DNA of 64,000 nt from the NCBI GenBank assembly GCA_964016885.1, contig OZ024743.1:294996001-295060000 (forward strand), in the 5' to 3' direction. A program made the translations under genes and the position numbers. Shown here piece after piece: positions 13,400 to 27,759 of the stretch. Within the stretch, counting starts at the first letter, position 1; each line of letters starts with the position of its first letter. Source of the stretch: Eledone cirrhosa. Lineage: Eukaryota. A model generated the notes under the pieces. The model was given only the letters and a program-made list of their open reading frames with translations. It did not search any database and was not told the origin of the DNA.

Positions 13400-14718
13400 C
13401 CAGAGTACTCAATACTTAGGGTAATATAGTGGTTAATAGGAAAAAGTTTCATCAACAAAAACAAAATCAAACACTCCTACAGCACTACACCCAACTTTGC
13501 ACAAAACAACGCATCCTCAAACAACAAGAAACTCAACGCCTATGGAAGAAACAACCTAGACATTAGTGGCAGTCCGACCAGGAGATGTAACTGCCCTGAT
13601 AGATCTACGTGCCACCTCAACAACAGATGCCGAGAACGTAACGTGATCTACCAACGCAACGTGAGGACCGAAACCTACAACAAAGCCTATATAGGATTAA
13701 CCTCTTGCGACTTCAAGACCCGGCTCTACCCACACCGACATACATTCCGAAACCCGGCCTGGCGACATGCCACTACACTTTCGGGCCACATCTGGGACCT
13801 CCAAGATAACAACCTAACATACAACCTTACTTGGAGCTTACTGTCCAGGGCTAATTCCTACACGGCAGGACGCCGTCCGTGGAACTTATGCTCGGGGGAA
13901 ACATTACAAATGCTGTTTACGAAGGACCAACTCCTAAACAAAAAAGACGAACATGTAACTGAATGTAAACACCGATTGCGTAGGACTTACCTCGCCCTCA
14001 AACCCCTCATGACTCGGGTAGGTAGGCGATGGCTGCACCATCCTTCTTTTCCCCACATGCCTAACAAGATATGGGAAACCCCAGCATACATAGGTAGATG
14101 TACTTCTTTCCTATTCTTTTTCTTTTCTTCTTACCTTTATCTCTTCTTATCACATCCTTCCACTCCCTTTCCTCTTCATTTTCCTTTTTCCTCTTTCGCC
14201 TACCCCAAGGCAGCCCATTGGGCTTTTGTAGCCTAGGTACCCCCACCCCAGTAAAATATATAGCATCGGCCGAAAACGCACCACCAGCAAAAAAATATAG
14301 CAACTGCTTTAGACTCTAGAGATTTTATTATTTTTATATTTTTTTAATTTATTATCTTTTAATCTCAACTTATTACATTTTAATTCTATAACGTCCCACA
14401 CCTAGTATCTTTTTTCGCCTGCTTACTAACTAGCCTAATTTCATACACACTCCTTAGAATTTGCTGTATATAATTCACTTTCAACGCTTGACCGGCTCCA
14501 ACCACTCCCTCATTGTTCTACAGGCAAGTTCAGCCCAACCCCAACTACCCACCCACTGCCATGAAAGATTTAATTGTGTTTGCAAGAACTTTTGACCAAT
14601 CCTTTTGACAACTACAATCTTCCCATATAAGGAATTACCCCTTAAAAAGTTCGGTCATTTATTACCACGCTAAAAATTCTAATTTAGCCCAGAAATAGCC
14701 GTCGGGGTTAAACTTTTT

Positions 14719-14722
<4 letters not shown>
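13400..14722 (+). mobile_element. Penelope-like 3' fragment (GIY-YIG domain + 3' UTR)
   Basis: CNCPDRSTCHL, VIYQ…YIGLTSCDFKTR, LLNKK..CKHR in or just upstream of ORF 13643-14236; decayed HHR at 14637-14709; ends in (TA)n. Confidence 0.85.
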
Positions 14723-14772
<50 letters not shown>

Positions 14773-14791
14773 AATACATATATACAAACAC

Positions 14792-14840
<49 letters not shown>

Positions 14841-15041
14841 TGTGTGTGTCTGGACTTATACATGCTGATACAGGTATGTGAATATCATATGTATATAATT
14901 TTATAAATACATATACACTTGAGCAGATACACGTACATATGCATATATCGACGTATATAAGAATATGTTACATACACAGGCACGTACGAATATAGAAATA
15001 TGTTTTCTCCCATATGTACGAATTCGTTTCATATATATATA

Positions 15042-15116
15042 CAGGGTATCCCAAAATATGCATACACACTTCGTGTTATTTGTTGTTGTAGTGTGTACAT
15101 TTGTCGGGACACCCTG
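15042..15116. mobile_element. Tc1/mariner-type MITE remnant (75 bp)
   Basis: TA|CAGGGTATCCC…GGGACACCCTG|TA; imperfect ~28-bp TIRs. Confidence 0.7.
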
Positions 15117-15450
15117 TATATATATATTTGTGTGTGTGTTCGACCCTGTATACACAGACATTGACACACGCTTGCATATGAATATACAGCCTGCATGAAA
15201 GTATACACGTGCATTGATATATATAGACCAATATGTTCATGTGTTTATGAAGGAACGAAAATAAGTTTAAATTGTAAAAAAAATATGATTGAATTAAAAT
15301 ATTGAAAAATAAATTTGAAATATGTGAGAAATATGTACCTGATAAGTATATATTTATAATTCTAGATGCCCACATGCACATATATGTATGCATGTACAGT
15401 TTTCCAAACACGCACACATATCTTTCTTCCCCTCTCTCTATATATATATT

Positions 15451-15482
<32 letters not shown>

Positions 15483-15493
15483 AGTGTCTGTGC

Positions 15494-15524
<31 letters not shown>

Positions 15525-15896
15525 TGAATGTGTGTGCGTGTGTTTCTGTGTATTGAAGTGACGTACAGAAATCAGTCCCATGAAGAAAAGTATTATACAT
15601 TATACAGTAAAATGACTAAAAAAAGTGAGGAAAATAGTGTGGTGTGGAAAAGATGCGATAGAATGAGATATAAAAGAAACGGTTTTTATGTGTGAGTTTG
15701 TGTGTGTGTGTATGTGTGTCTGTGTGTGACTATCTGGTTGCACGTGGTTTGTGGAGATATATATGCGTTGATATATATGTGGGTGTCGTATAATCTCATG
15801 CATGTGGTTTCACAAGAGAGCTAATATATATCTTAATTAATTACCAACACAAGTGCTTTACTTTATTCAAATTTGTACGTCCATTTCGGAATAATA

Positions 15897-16086
15897 ATTG
15901 TTTCTACTTTTGGCACAAGGCCAGCATTTATCCCAGTGCATTACTGGTACTTTATTTTATCGACCCCGTAAGGATGAAAGGCAAAGTTAATCTCGGCGGG
16001 ATTTGAACCCAGAACATAAAGGGCCATAACTCTATGCTGTAAAGCATGGTGTCTGACGCTCTACCGATACTGCGAATTCACTGCCC
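15897..16086 (-). mobile_element. tRNA-derived SINE (Meta-like family) with TSD
   Basis: Reverse complement of family; CCATTTCGGAATAATAAT at 15881 and 16085. Confidence 0.9.
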
Positions 16087-17075
16087 ATTTCGGAATAATA
16101 ATAAGAACAAATTGGTATATGTACCCATCAACTACATGTTTACTTGTCGTTGTATTCTCGCCTTCTGATGAGGGGCTCCAATTATATCCGAGATCTATTA
16201 AACCTTTTTTATCATTTTTCTCAATGTACAGGGCAAATCGTATGTTTGCATGCCTACATATTAGATATGTGCATATATACATGCAGGTATATATGTCCTT
16301 ATGTGTAAATACATGTATGTGTCAAGAGTATTTGTATATTCCCAGCTTAATCAGCAACAACGTCATCACCCTTGACTCTTTACTTCATTTTAGTGCTTTA
16401 GAGTTTGCTAGGAGGGAGGGAGGAAATTACGCCATAACTCGTATCCTGGTGCGGTAGCAACCTGCAACTGATAATTGCTATGCCATCCACAGAACAAAAG
16501 AGGAATACACCGGCTGATGTGAATGACTAGGAATTCAAAGCACATATTTCAAAATTGAAGCAAAAGCTTAGCATGGTTCTCCTTTCTAGTTAATCAACGC
16601 ATCTGATTCTATTTGAGACCATTTTAATATATGAACGCCGAGTAGAGAAAATCGAAGCAACAAGTCTAATACATATACATGTCTATAAAGCAGCTAGGGG
16701 AGAGCAAATTTTTTGTCATAGATTTTAGAGCAAATCTGTCTACACTCTCATGAAACAACTCTGTCGTTCTGCGAAGAACAAAACATATATTGCTAAGGGC
16801 AATATCAGAAACAGCAAAGAGTATTCAAGCTAAAACTCTCTCAAGGAAAACAAAAGCGATCTTCATAGAAAGGTGTTTTAAAACTGTTTTCAGAATGTAC
16901 ACAGGAGTCATGCTCTGCAATTTTCCGGATTCACCACAAACACACACAAACACACACACAAACACACACACACATGGATTTCAAAACTCTACTTCGGTAT
17001 TAAATACTCTTTTCGCTCATTCGAACTACATATGGATACATATATATATATATATATATATGGATATATACATAT

Positions 17076-17177
<102 letters not shown>

Positions 17178-17687
17178 ATAAACACGTGTCTGATGGCAGC
17201 GCATCGGATACATGTTATTGTATAATATCTTGATTTCTTTGAAAAATACATACATGTGATGTAATTCAATGAATTTGAATATGTGTTACTGTTACTCCTC
17301 TTTTTCTTAATATATATATATATGTGTGTGTGTAAGAGGAAGAGAGCGAGTGAGAGAGAGCGAGAGAGAGAGGGGCAGAGAGACAGACAGAGAGAGAGCA
17401 TGTGCTATCTTTAGTTGGGTGCTCAACTTATTTGTAAGGGAGAGGAGTCCACCTGAAAAATAATTATTTCCTCAATTGAATAAAACCCACCTTATTTTTG
17501 TCACTACATATTTAATTTAAATAGTTTTCAACCGCAACATTTGTTTCCACATGGTTCGTCCCTTTCAATACACACTAAATAGAAGTGCAGTCATTACTGT
17601 ACATTTATTAAGAATTGACGACGAAAATGGGGGAAATGATAAAAACAAATAGAAATAGTTGATGCAAGTATATAATGATTTATAATT

Positions 17688-17885
17688 TAGGCAGAGAGCC
17701 AGCAATTCAGTGTGGTTTGGAAAGGAGGTCTATCATATTCACCCAGTGTTTTAATGTTAGTTTATTGTACTGAACTATTAACGACGAAAGGCAAATATTA
17801 CTGCTGTCACATTTGGCCTTACAAAATAAACACTTGGTGAAGAACCTGTTATGTATTTTCCCGGTGCTCTAACGACTCTGCCTTC
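17688..17885 (-). mobile_element. Old, diverged copy of the same SINE family
   Basis: GCCAGCAATT…CCCAGTG…GAAAGGCAAA…GCTCTAACGACTCTGCC collinear with family. Confidence 0.5.
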
Positions 17886-18227
17886 TTAACACCGTCGATG
17901 AAAGCAGATAAAGATTAATATAATCCTTAGTTCACTTTAGATAAGGTCAAGGCTAAATTAAATTTAAAGTGACATACATATTTTTAGATGTTTTCACACA
18001 GTTCCAATATATTCTCGCCTGTAGATGTTTCGCAGCACATATTTTTTACGTAGTTCTGGATTTCATATTTTCTGTAATACAAAAATTGAAAAGATGTTCC
18101 GGTCCTTCGTATCCTTTCCTGTTCGCTTTTCCCGACTATATTTTCAGTCTCTAATTACATGTCCTTTATGTTTCATGTATAAACATGATATTATTCACAG
18201 TAACAATAATAATAGTAGCAATAATAA

Positions 18228-18410
18228 TTGTTTCTAATTTTTGGCACAAGGGCAGCAATTACCCAGTACATTACTGGTACTTTATTTTATCGAGATCCGT
18301 AAGGATGAAATGCAACGTTAACCTCGACGGGATTTGAACTCAAACCGTAAAGGGCCGTAACTATGCTAGAAATCATGGCGTCCGACCCTCTACCGATATT
18401 GCCAATTCCC
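18228..18410 (-). mobile_element. tRNA-derived SINE (Meta-like family)
   Basis: Reverse complement of family consensus with (TAA)n-type tail. Confidence 0.87.
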
Positions 18411-18544
18411 CATGACAACTATAATGACGGCAATAATAAAAAGAAAGTGGGAAGAAAAGGGGAAAAAAGAATAGGGAAATATAGTGAAAAAATAGAAAAA
18501 GAACGGGAAGGGGAGATGATGGCAATAGCTCTGGTATCGCAGAA

Positions 18545-21200
18545 GACAGGGGAGAGGTGAATGGGGTGGGTGATTGGGCTATGCGTCTATGGCAAGGGGA
18601 CAGGAATGCTGCGCCCCACGGACAAGAGGGCAAAAGCATTCCCGCGGATGATGGCCAGTAACAACCGCAGCAACAGCCACCCAACCTCGTGGGGTTCCCT
18701 CCTCAGGCGGGCCACCGACGCACCGATCTTGTAGAAGAGCTCGGCAGTATGGAGTCCAAGTACGCTTGAGGTGTCGACGGCGACCGGTGCGAAGAGGTAG
18801 TGGCCGGACAAACCCCGGTATTTGTTTATTTTACATTCTTCTGAGAGGTGGGCAGCGATGCCTGGCTTTGTGGAGGCGGAGAACGTGACGCAGGAGGTGG
18901 AATCCCTGATGAGTGATGTACCTACTTCGAATGGGAAGAGGGTGGTTTCCGTCGAGGCGCTTGCCATCTCCGTGGTATAGGCCTGTCGGCTCCAGTTGAG
19001 ATGGAAGCCAGCTGCGTCCAGGCTTCTTCTCAATATGTCATGGAGAGTGGCTTGTCGGGGGAAGAACCGCTCCACAGTGGCATATATATGGGGCTAACAA
19101 ACACGGAGGCGAAGGCGTTGGGCTACTCCGATGCGAGTGCACCCATGATCAAGAAAAGTACCGGTTGATAAAGAGAGCACAGAATTGAGCCACGGGCCGC
19201 AGATGGGCTGAGAAGCGGAGCGAAAGCAGCCGACGTGGTGTTGTTCTAAGCCAAACTCGATCTGCCTGTCACAAGACCTGCAATTGATGTCGTCCCAGTT
19301 ACGTTGGACCGTAGTATACTGGGGGATAGAGCGGCCTTCGCCTCTCCAGTAGGCCAGAGCCCACTCCATCTCTTGGGCCAGGTCAGGTTCCGCCGATTGG
19401 TTGAAAATCTCCCTGACGAGCGCTCGACAGGAGGAGATAGAGAAGTAGACAGGTAAAACTAGGTCCGAAGATGATCGGAGGCCGATGCCATTGAACTTCG
19501 TTGGAAGTGTCGCCTGCGCTGTCGAAACTGATATTGCAGGTGAGTTCCGCACAGCGTCGAATTGTGGCGTCAGGTTCTCCATGATCTGCGTGGGTGTGGC
19601 AAGTTGCACGGCGCAGCGTAAATGTGAGTTTGGGGACGGAAAATCAGTTCCTCAAGAGGAAGAGCACAGGGTTAGCGTCAAGAGGCGCAGCCTCTTTGCT
19701 AATTGGGACAAATCCGGGTGCTTCGTTACCAGGCATTCTCTTATGAGTTCGGAAGATGTGGGAGCCGAGAATGCATGCGGTATCCTTGGGTGTCAGCCTA
19801 ATCCCGGCCAGAATGGGATGGGAGCAGAGTACGGCGTTGCAGAATTCGGCCTCTCCGTAGCTGATGTTGGCCACCTCAGACTTGGTTGGGTTATCTCAAG
19901 TCGAATGAGCTTTAGAGGGATGATTTGTCGAATGTCCTCAAAGACAGTCTCAGCCGAGCCACCCAGACTTTGAGTGGTGATCGGACCGACCGGGTTACCT
20001 TGACGATTACCAGCACGAATAGGAGCGAGCCGAGTGTGTCTCCTTGCTGGACACCTGTGGCGGAAGTAACTCGACGGCCATGAGTGAGCTGGGTCTTCCG
20101 TACAAAAGGTGAACGAGAGGGTAGATGGAGGGCTCTCGTCTGAGGCTGATCTCTAGAACGTGATCCCGTCTAACAGATTTACGATGAGGTGGGCTGAGGA
20201 GGGAGACGCGTGCTCTATGAGGTGCGGCCTCACAACCGCACTTGATTCTCACTCCGAGATCGACAGAGCTTAGCACCTTGCTCAGGTCGTCTTTGACTGA
20301 CTTGCAAGCTATCTTGACTGCAAGTCGTCGGAGATTAACCACCACGATGGGCGGACGCCTCCGTAATTGCGGTTAAGCTGGCTGAAACGAAAGGATCGGA
20401 GATATGGCTGGGCAAGTTGGCGTGGAAGTAACAGTTGGTGAGGGCTGTTAATTACTGGAGCAGTCTGGACCCTGCTTCCCACCCTTGAGGCGAGATAAAG
20501 TCTCAGACAGAGGTGACTGGGGTACAAGCCGTCTACTCCGCCACTACTGCTACCAGGAAAAGATCTTAGGGTGGCTACCATATCCCCGTTGGACGCTGCC
20601 GAGGAGAGATTTCTGGCCGGGGCTGGAGCGTCCTTGATGTCAGCAGGAGGGTCCGGATGTTTGAGGCGGAACGCTGACAAAACATCCGGTGTTGGTCGGA
20701 GCACGGCGTCGCTTAAGGCCAGCACACGAACAGCCGCCGAAAGGTCGCCCTCAATTAGTTTGAGGTTAACTCTCTACCGGAGACATTTCGTGCTGTTGTG
20801 GCTCGATTAGGGGTTTGTGGTGGCAAGACAAGAATGCCGAGAAGTTCATGGGCCAAGGGTTGCAGAAAGAAGCGACATTTACCTTGAGCCTCGAAGCCAG
20901 AGAGGGGCCAGATGTCTCTAACCGTTGGAGTCCCCACCAACGGAATTCAGAGTACGAGAGTGGCAAAATTGAACAGTCTTGTCCATCCTGTGGATCGCCC
21001 GAGTCAAGCACTCGGTCGATTGAAGTTGCTAGCGCTTCGGCCACTGGCACGCCTGTTAATCCTAGTGATGACACTCCGAGAATATCTGAGGTGGAAGATC
21101 GCCACCAAACACTCGACCGAGTTCAGCGGATTCAGGTCCCCGTTGGGTCGGACTCCCCTGACCACCTGTGGTGTCGGGTGTGCGATTACAATTAAATTTC
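18545..21200 (-). mobile_element. CRE-clade non-LTR retrotransposon, decayed (RT + restriction-like endonuclease)
   Basis: Fragments SSGGVDGL.PSHL, LRRLAVK, LGV..KCGCEA, QATLP..FNGIGL, HDILRRSL, K..KYRGL..YLFAPVAVDT, RLLLAIIRGNA across frameshifts; higher GC than flanks. Confidence 0.85.
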
Positions 21201-21546
21201 TACATTTTATTGGGAAATATCACAGAAGATTAGTTTCCGTTTCACTGTAAGTTTGTTTCTTTTCTGTGTTGAATGTATTTGAAGGACAGAGAAGTCTTGC
21301 TGGAAAGTTATTCTATTGTTAATGAAATAATGTATCTCACATTTTTTGTTATTGTTTATTTAATTTACGTTTCAAATACAATTTTTAATTTTTAAATATT
21401 TGCAGTTATTGTGTTTACCCATCATCGTGTCCCTTCAATAGAAACTAATTAGAGACGTGTAAATTACATTACAATCATACACATAATCACCCACACACAA
21501 CCATACATATATCTATATATACAAATATGAGTGTATACACACATCC

Positions 21547-21682
<136 letters not shown>

Positions 21683-21712
21683 CGAAGCTGTAGCCGCAGC
21701 ATTTCAGATGCC

Positions 21713-21790
<78 letters not shown>

Positions 21791-22002
21791 GAAAATAGAG
21801 AAATTAATGTGGGCAAGAAGCCAACAGTAATTCCCAATATATAAGTGACTATTACGTCAAGATGGAAAATATTTAACGTAAGATATGGGAAAATTATTCA
21901 ATCTCAATTCAAAAAAAGTCAAGACAGAAATTTTATCCACAGATTTTGTGTAATCCAGGGAAAAAAAAAATCTTATCCTTCAATTTGGAAAAAACTACAA
22001 AT

Positions 22003-22082
22003 GCTCTATATAGTCTTAAAAAGACTATTTCACGAAATTATCAGTGGGGTTAGTCACGGTTGGGGCCGTTCATCAGTAGAGC
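22003..22082 (-). ncRNA. Type I hammerhead ribozyme, apparently intact, in a ~430-bp island (21788-22220) between (TA)n tracts
   Basis: Minus strand: GCTCTA-CTGATGA-ACG…(38 nt)…CGT-GAAA-TAGTCTT TTT AAGACTA-TA-TAGAGC. Confidence 0.88.
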
Positions 22083-22205
22083 TCACACACGATAACCAAA
22101 ATCACTGCTAAAATATGCTAGAAAGGGAATTTAAAAGCAGGCTAGTTACACCTCGTGTGGAATTAAGATAATAAACACACATGGAGAACAGGGCTAGTGA
22201 CGTCA

Positions 22206-22219
22206 AGTATCTTGCTCCA

Positions 22220-22271
<52 letters not shown>

Positions 22272-22285
22272 TGGAGCAAGATACT
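22206..22285. repeat. Perfect 15-bp inverted repeat enclosing pure (TA)n
   Basis: AGTATCTTGCTCCAG (TA)n CTGGAGCAAGATACT. Confidence 0.9.
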
Positions 22286-22625
22286 CCTTGTCTTCATTAA
22301 GACATCTCTCTAGGAGAAGGTCACTGGTATAAAACCTAAAACCTGCGACTTCGTTTGCATTCAATTATTTCAATTATGTAGACCAGTTCTTCTTTTCAGG
22401 CAAATGCATTCGAAGTTCAGAGAGTGGAATTGGCCCCGTGCAAAGCCTTTCCTCACTTAAAAACAGCTTCAAGCACAGGCATCACTTGATATGTGATATT
22501 CTTTGGCGCCGGATAGTATTGCTGGCCCTAGGCAAGTCCCTAGAACGACTAAAATGCCACGTCCTTGATGTTCATGCTCAAGTATCAAGCGATGGCCTTA
22601 CTCGAAATCGAGTTGCAGAAATTAT
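22283..22625 (+). mobile_element. Bipartite non-autonomous RTE derivative
   Basis: TCTAGGAGAAGG…AAAACCTGCG…TTGGCCCCGTGCAAAG…; 3' ATGGCCTTACTCGAAATCGAG matches the RTE 3' end. Confidence 0.65.
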
Positions 22626-22695
22626 ATGTATATATATATATATATAGATATATATAGATATATATGTGTGCGTGTATGTGTGTATGTGTGTGTGT

Positions 22696-22758
<63 letters not shown>

Positions 22759-23561
22759 TGTGTGTATGTGTGTATGTGTGTATGTGTGTCTGTGTGTGTG
22801 TATGCGCGCACGTGTGTGTGTATGCGCGCGTGTGTGTATGCGTGTGTATGATGGCATGCTGTAATCTTCGTAGGCTGACTAAGAAGGATTGATGCTAGCG
22901 CTGTGAAATCATGCATTATGTTAAACTTTTCTTTTTATTAAAAACTGCATTGTTTCTTTCCAGAAACTATGTTGAAAAATAAACCTCCTTTTGGTCAATT
23001 TATGAGAGTATCTTGGATCTGTCTATAAACTTTTCAGCATATCAACTTCTCAGACGGCCCTCCTATATGTAAGGGTGCGTGTATATGTTTTTAATGAGTT
23101 TGGTGCTATTAATATTTACTCCAAGCTAACCCTCATCCATCTAGTTTTTTTAAGACGAGATACTCGAGTTATAAGACAAAATACTATTTTATAAGGCAAG
23201 ATATCATGTGTCTTGTCCGTCCTTTTTCTTTTCATCCAAACACTATGTATTAATAGATTTTCTAAAGTGTTCTTCACTTTTTAAGGCAATATTCTATGAT
23301 AAATATTGCAAGTTATGCTGCCCCGTAAAAAGTCTTACCTTTCCGTCTGAGTAAACTATGCATCCCAACAAAACATGGGCCTCAATTATACAATGTTAAC
23401 ATCACCTCGACAATTGCTTAAATAATAAATGAAATTGTTGATAGTGGTTTAGTTGATAGTCGTTCAATTTTGACAAAGCAGAACTATGATTAAAAGCGTT
23501 ACATCTATGGCCACACCATATATTTGGACACGAAGTTTTTCGCATTATTTTTGCAAATGTA

Positions 23562-23775
23562 AGGGCGGCATTATCGCTAGAGAGTCGGACACAATGCTTT
23601 GTAGCATAGAGTTACGGGCCTTTATGATCTGAGTTCAAATCCCGCCGAGGTTAACTTTGCCTTTCATCCTTACGGGGTTGATAAAATAAAGTACCAGTCA
23701 CGCACTGGGTTCGATTCACTCGACTTTCCACTCCTCCCAAATTACTGGCCTTGTGCCTATATAAGAAACCATTAT
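23562..23775 (+). mobile_element. tRNA-derived SINE (Meta-like family) with TSD
   Basis: Family match; TTTTTGCAAATGTA on both sides. Confidence 0.88.
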
Positions 23776-24464
23776 TTTTGCAAATGTAGTATCGAACAAG
23801 GCTTCAATTTACATATCGACGTCTTATTTACATATCTTTGCTACTTCTTCGATGTCATTTTACATTTACCGAAAGAATTATTCGTAATATGAGAGGTACA
23901 ATGCACCAATCACTAGCTAATTCGTATAGGATTCTTAGCAGTTTCTTTAGATCCATCATCTCATCTGGTAAGACACACGTTAACTTGACTGATAGATGCA
24001 TTTCTTAAAGACCCCTCACAATATTAAGGTTCTGTCTACATACTTTTGTATTTCAAACTGACGCCAATGATACATACGGTCTTATTAAATCATAATCAAT
24101 GATAATCCATAAAAGGAAGACAATTAATTTGGGCACTATTAACTGTGTTGTGATTACTCAGTACATTATAGACTTAAAATGCTCTTTTTCAAAGCTTACA
24201 TTGAAACTGATGTTCTATAAACCCAACACTAGTTGAAAGGATGAATGTTGAACAGTACACTAGCTTACGATGTGTACTTTGTGTACATAAGCTCCCCCAC
24301 CCACCACCGACCCGAAAAAAAAGAAAACAACTAAAAAAAGAAGACGGCTGAATTCTGGAACTCAGACATTTCTAATTGTTAACTGTTTACATTAAAAATA
24401 TTATTTCTGACAGGTTCAGAAATCTGAAGATGTCTCTGTAATACTCACTACTGTCAGAGCGGAG

Positions 24465-24648
24465 TTTCAGCGCTTCTCCCTCGCCGTCCTACGTGGAAAT
24501 GTATTCTCCATACAGTCGGCCGCGACGCGAGGTGGATAATATGTTAGTTGGTAGTGGAGGATACTCGTTCGAAAGTCACTTTCACTCATAATTTACTTCA
24601 TTATGGGGTGTCTTTCCTTATCTTAGTCATTAAAGTTATAAAAAAAAC
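24465..24648 (+). mobile_element. Short 3' remnant of a CRE-type element
   Basis: Translates QRFSLAVLRGNVFSI, the CRE C-terminal motif also seen at ~18610-18670; A-run at ~24640. Confidence 0.6.
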
Positions 24649-26126
24649 TAACAACGTCGCAAACCTGATGACTTGGACTAAAGAACAGCAGAGTTAATCT
24701 AGAATTATTCAACAACAATATATTACTATGCATATTTTAAACGATACAGTGTGGTACAAACATTTATATTTTGATAATATATGTTCTCATGGTCTCATGT
24801 TCTCATGTTCTCGTAAGTGATGTATTCTTTCTTATATATTTTTCTAATTGCTACTTATCTCCTTACAGCTATTGAAACGCGCATAAAATGAATTACGGAA
24901 TTTATAGAAATTTTATACTATGTTTGTTGAATATCATCTTAAATTTTTAATGCTGTGTGATGTTATATTCATTCAATTTATTAAACAATATTTCATGAAA
25001 TATAACTCAGATATACATGTTCCTTTTAAATGAGGATTGTTCACAACATATTTATCTTTAAATCCTCAAGTCATATCATAAGAAAGAACCAAATATCTGT
25101 TTAAAGATATGATATATCTTTCAGACTGTTTATTTATGCATATCGCCTATACGCTATATTAATGGGAGTATTTGAAATTTTGCATTACTAGTCACATGGC
25201 TAGTCGACATTTCAACACAGCACGATGATCTAAGCATATGCGATTTGAATGTTCTGACTTTGAAAACTACTCATTGCGGTAACATGCTCTGGTATTATGA
25301 TAAATTGGTATCGAATGATTTTGATTAATGGTATCGAATGAAAACTAGTTTTATTTTGAGATTTATGATGTAATTCTTAACATTATCATGTCATTATACG
25401 AAGACTATTTAACAAAATATCCAGGAGGAAGATTCCTATTATTTGAAAACAATTAAAAATAAATAATTCTTACCATAATTAAATAACAAACCAAGACAAT
25501 AAACAATAAAATTAGTTATAAATCCCAGTAAAAATTAAACAATATAAAAAGTTTGCGACTTATTACGTTTTGGCGTTTATTTAACCAATTATCGAAGTTA
25601 GTGTGTGAAGCAATTCTCTAGAGATGTTTTATGGCAGAAAATAATTTAATTTTGGACAGCAATTAGATGAAACTGACATTTTATGTTTGGTTGCTGAGTT
25701 ATATACTTTGGTGGCTACTAATGTAATGGAGGTAACAAATCGAGAAAAACATATGCAAATATTAGTGGAAGATAAGGTAGTCTGTGTTAGCATCATTGTA
25801 GCTACACAATGCTTAAACTATTTCTTGGGTTGGCATTTCATGAAAGTTGCAGTATACATTTGTATCTCTTGGCACCTTGTCAGTTCATTTGTGATCTTAG
25901 ACGGTAAAATGACCAAATGCTGAACACATTTACATCTATTTCATGCATCTCTCGTCTGAAAACTCAAATGCTGTGGGCTTTTAACTTCTGGTTATTGCAG
26001 TAACTGATTCTAAAACAAGATGAAGCGGGTGTGTGCTTGGTTCTATGAAGAGGCATCCTGTTCGGAGATTGCCATATCTGTCTATGACAAATTTTGCTGA
26101 TCTCTCTCTGTCTTTATATATATATT

Positions 26127-26181
<55 letters not shown>

Positions 26182-26184
<3 letters not shown>

Positions 26185-27208
26185 AGATAGAAAAATGCGT
26201 ACAACAAAAAAAAGTAATATTGTTGGAATATAAACCTTTAAAAATACAGGACAAGAAACTAAAATAAAACTTTAAAAGAATAGGACAAGAAACTAAGATA
26301 AAACTTTAAAGAATTGGACAAGAAATATAAAAATTTACAATAATATTGGTGGCAAAATTTTTATTGGTAAAAAATCGAGTTCCACATTCATCTGCACTGG
26401 GTTCCATATTCAGAGGTCGTCGTCAGACCGGGGAATCATTTGATCCTGGTTTGAACACCAATTGGGCCATAACCATACACCTATTTCATCATTCGGCGGC
26501 ACGCCTCATGTGTCATGCATAATGTGAATGGACCCATGGGCCCATGAGCACAGATCTTGAGCAGCAGCGGACGGTCTTGTCGTCCCGCTCATCCTTGATC
26601 TTGACCAACCCGTCCATCTTCTCCTTGCATCTTGTCCTTGAGTTCAAGTCCGGCAGTCCAGATGAATGCGTGCCACAGCTTTCTTGTACAGGAAGGGGGA
26701 GCAGGAGGACTGGAGGGATGACAGGACAGAGGGAGAGAGGATTGGTGGTTGAGGGAGGTGCCGTAGTCGGTGGTCAGAGTCGACATCTTGTCGCGGTCGT
26801 CTTCTCCATCTTCGTCTGGTGTTGCGGGACCAGAAGTGCATTCTTGGAGGAGATCTGCAGCTGCATCGACCAATTCTTCTTGCGCTGGTCATTCTGACGG
26901 AGCAGAACTGCTCAGCCAACCAACCCCAACCAGAACCAACCGCTCAGGGGCAACGCACAATGAGAGCATGACAATTATTATGCACTAATCAAGAAGATAC
27001 TGGGGCATAGCACAGGAAACGAATAACAAAATGTTGCCACTAATATTATTGTAAAATGTTTTGTTTCATGTCCAATTCTTTAAAGTTTTATCTTAGTTTC
27101 TTGTCCTATTCTTTTAAAGTTTTATTTTAGTTTCTTGTCCTGTATTTTTAAAGGTTTATATTCCAAGAATATTACTTTTTTTTTGCTGTACGCATTTTTC
27201 TATCTGGT
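26182..27208. mobile_element. Non-autonomous DNA transposon with ~175-bp TIRs and a GC-rich interior
   Basis: ACCAGATAGAAAAATGCGTAC… / …GTACGCATTTTTCTATCTGGT; TIRs contain GGACAAGAAACTAARATAAAACTTTAAA tandem units. Confidence 0.85.
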
Positions 27209-27693
27209 CTACTATTTTTTAAGGCAATGCAAGCAACAACTATCTAATAATTAAAAGATCATAGTGAATTACTGACAAGTGATTGACATTTTAAAGTTCT
27301 TTTGAGTGTAATTGCAATCTAGTTGAGGCAACTGGCTTAATGTCAAAGCTAGTAAATCATGAATGCATTTGAGATGATTAGTGCATAATAGTGAATTGGT
27401 GAAACTTGTGCATTTCAATGGTGTTACGGATAAAAACTGATACTGCTGTCTACGACCTTTATATAGGATTGTCATGTTTCTCTGTATCTGCAATGTGGGT
27501 ATACAAAATAAGAATTATGATATTAACTTTTATTTAAAATCCCCAAAAATGCTGTGCATGAAAACTTCAAAAAGTAATTCTATTTCTATTGATGACCTCT
27601 TAGTTGCTCATACTAATTTTGTAAAAGATTTCAAGCCAATAATCAGAATGATCGGGTATAATTTTTATGCAGATAAATGACTAATTGGTATAA

Positions 27694-27759
27694 AGGGCCA
27701 TCCAGATATCATGTGGACACCGCGAACCAAAAATGGTCACATGATATCTGGATGGCTCC
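27694..27759. mobile_element. PIF/Harbinger-like micro-MITE (66 bp)
   Basis: TAA|AGGGCCATCCAGATATCATGTG…CACATGATATCTGGATGGCTCC|TAA. Confidence 0.65.

Noticed and set aside
26248-26325. CRISPR-like repeats
   Set aside because: Spacerless tandem units within a transposon TIR, in eukaryotic context
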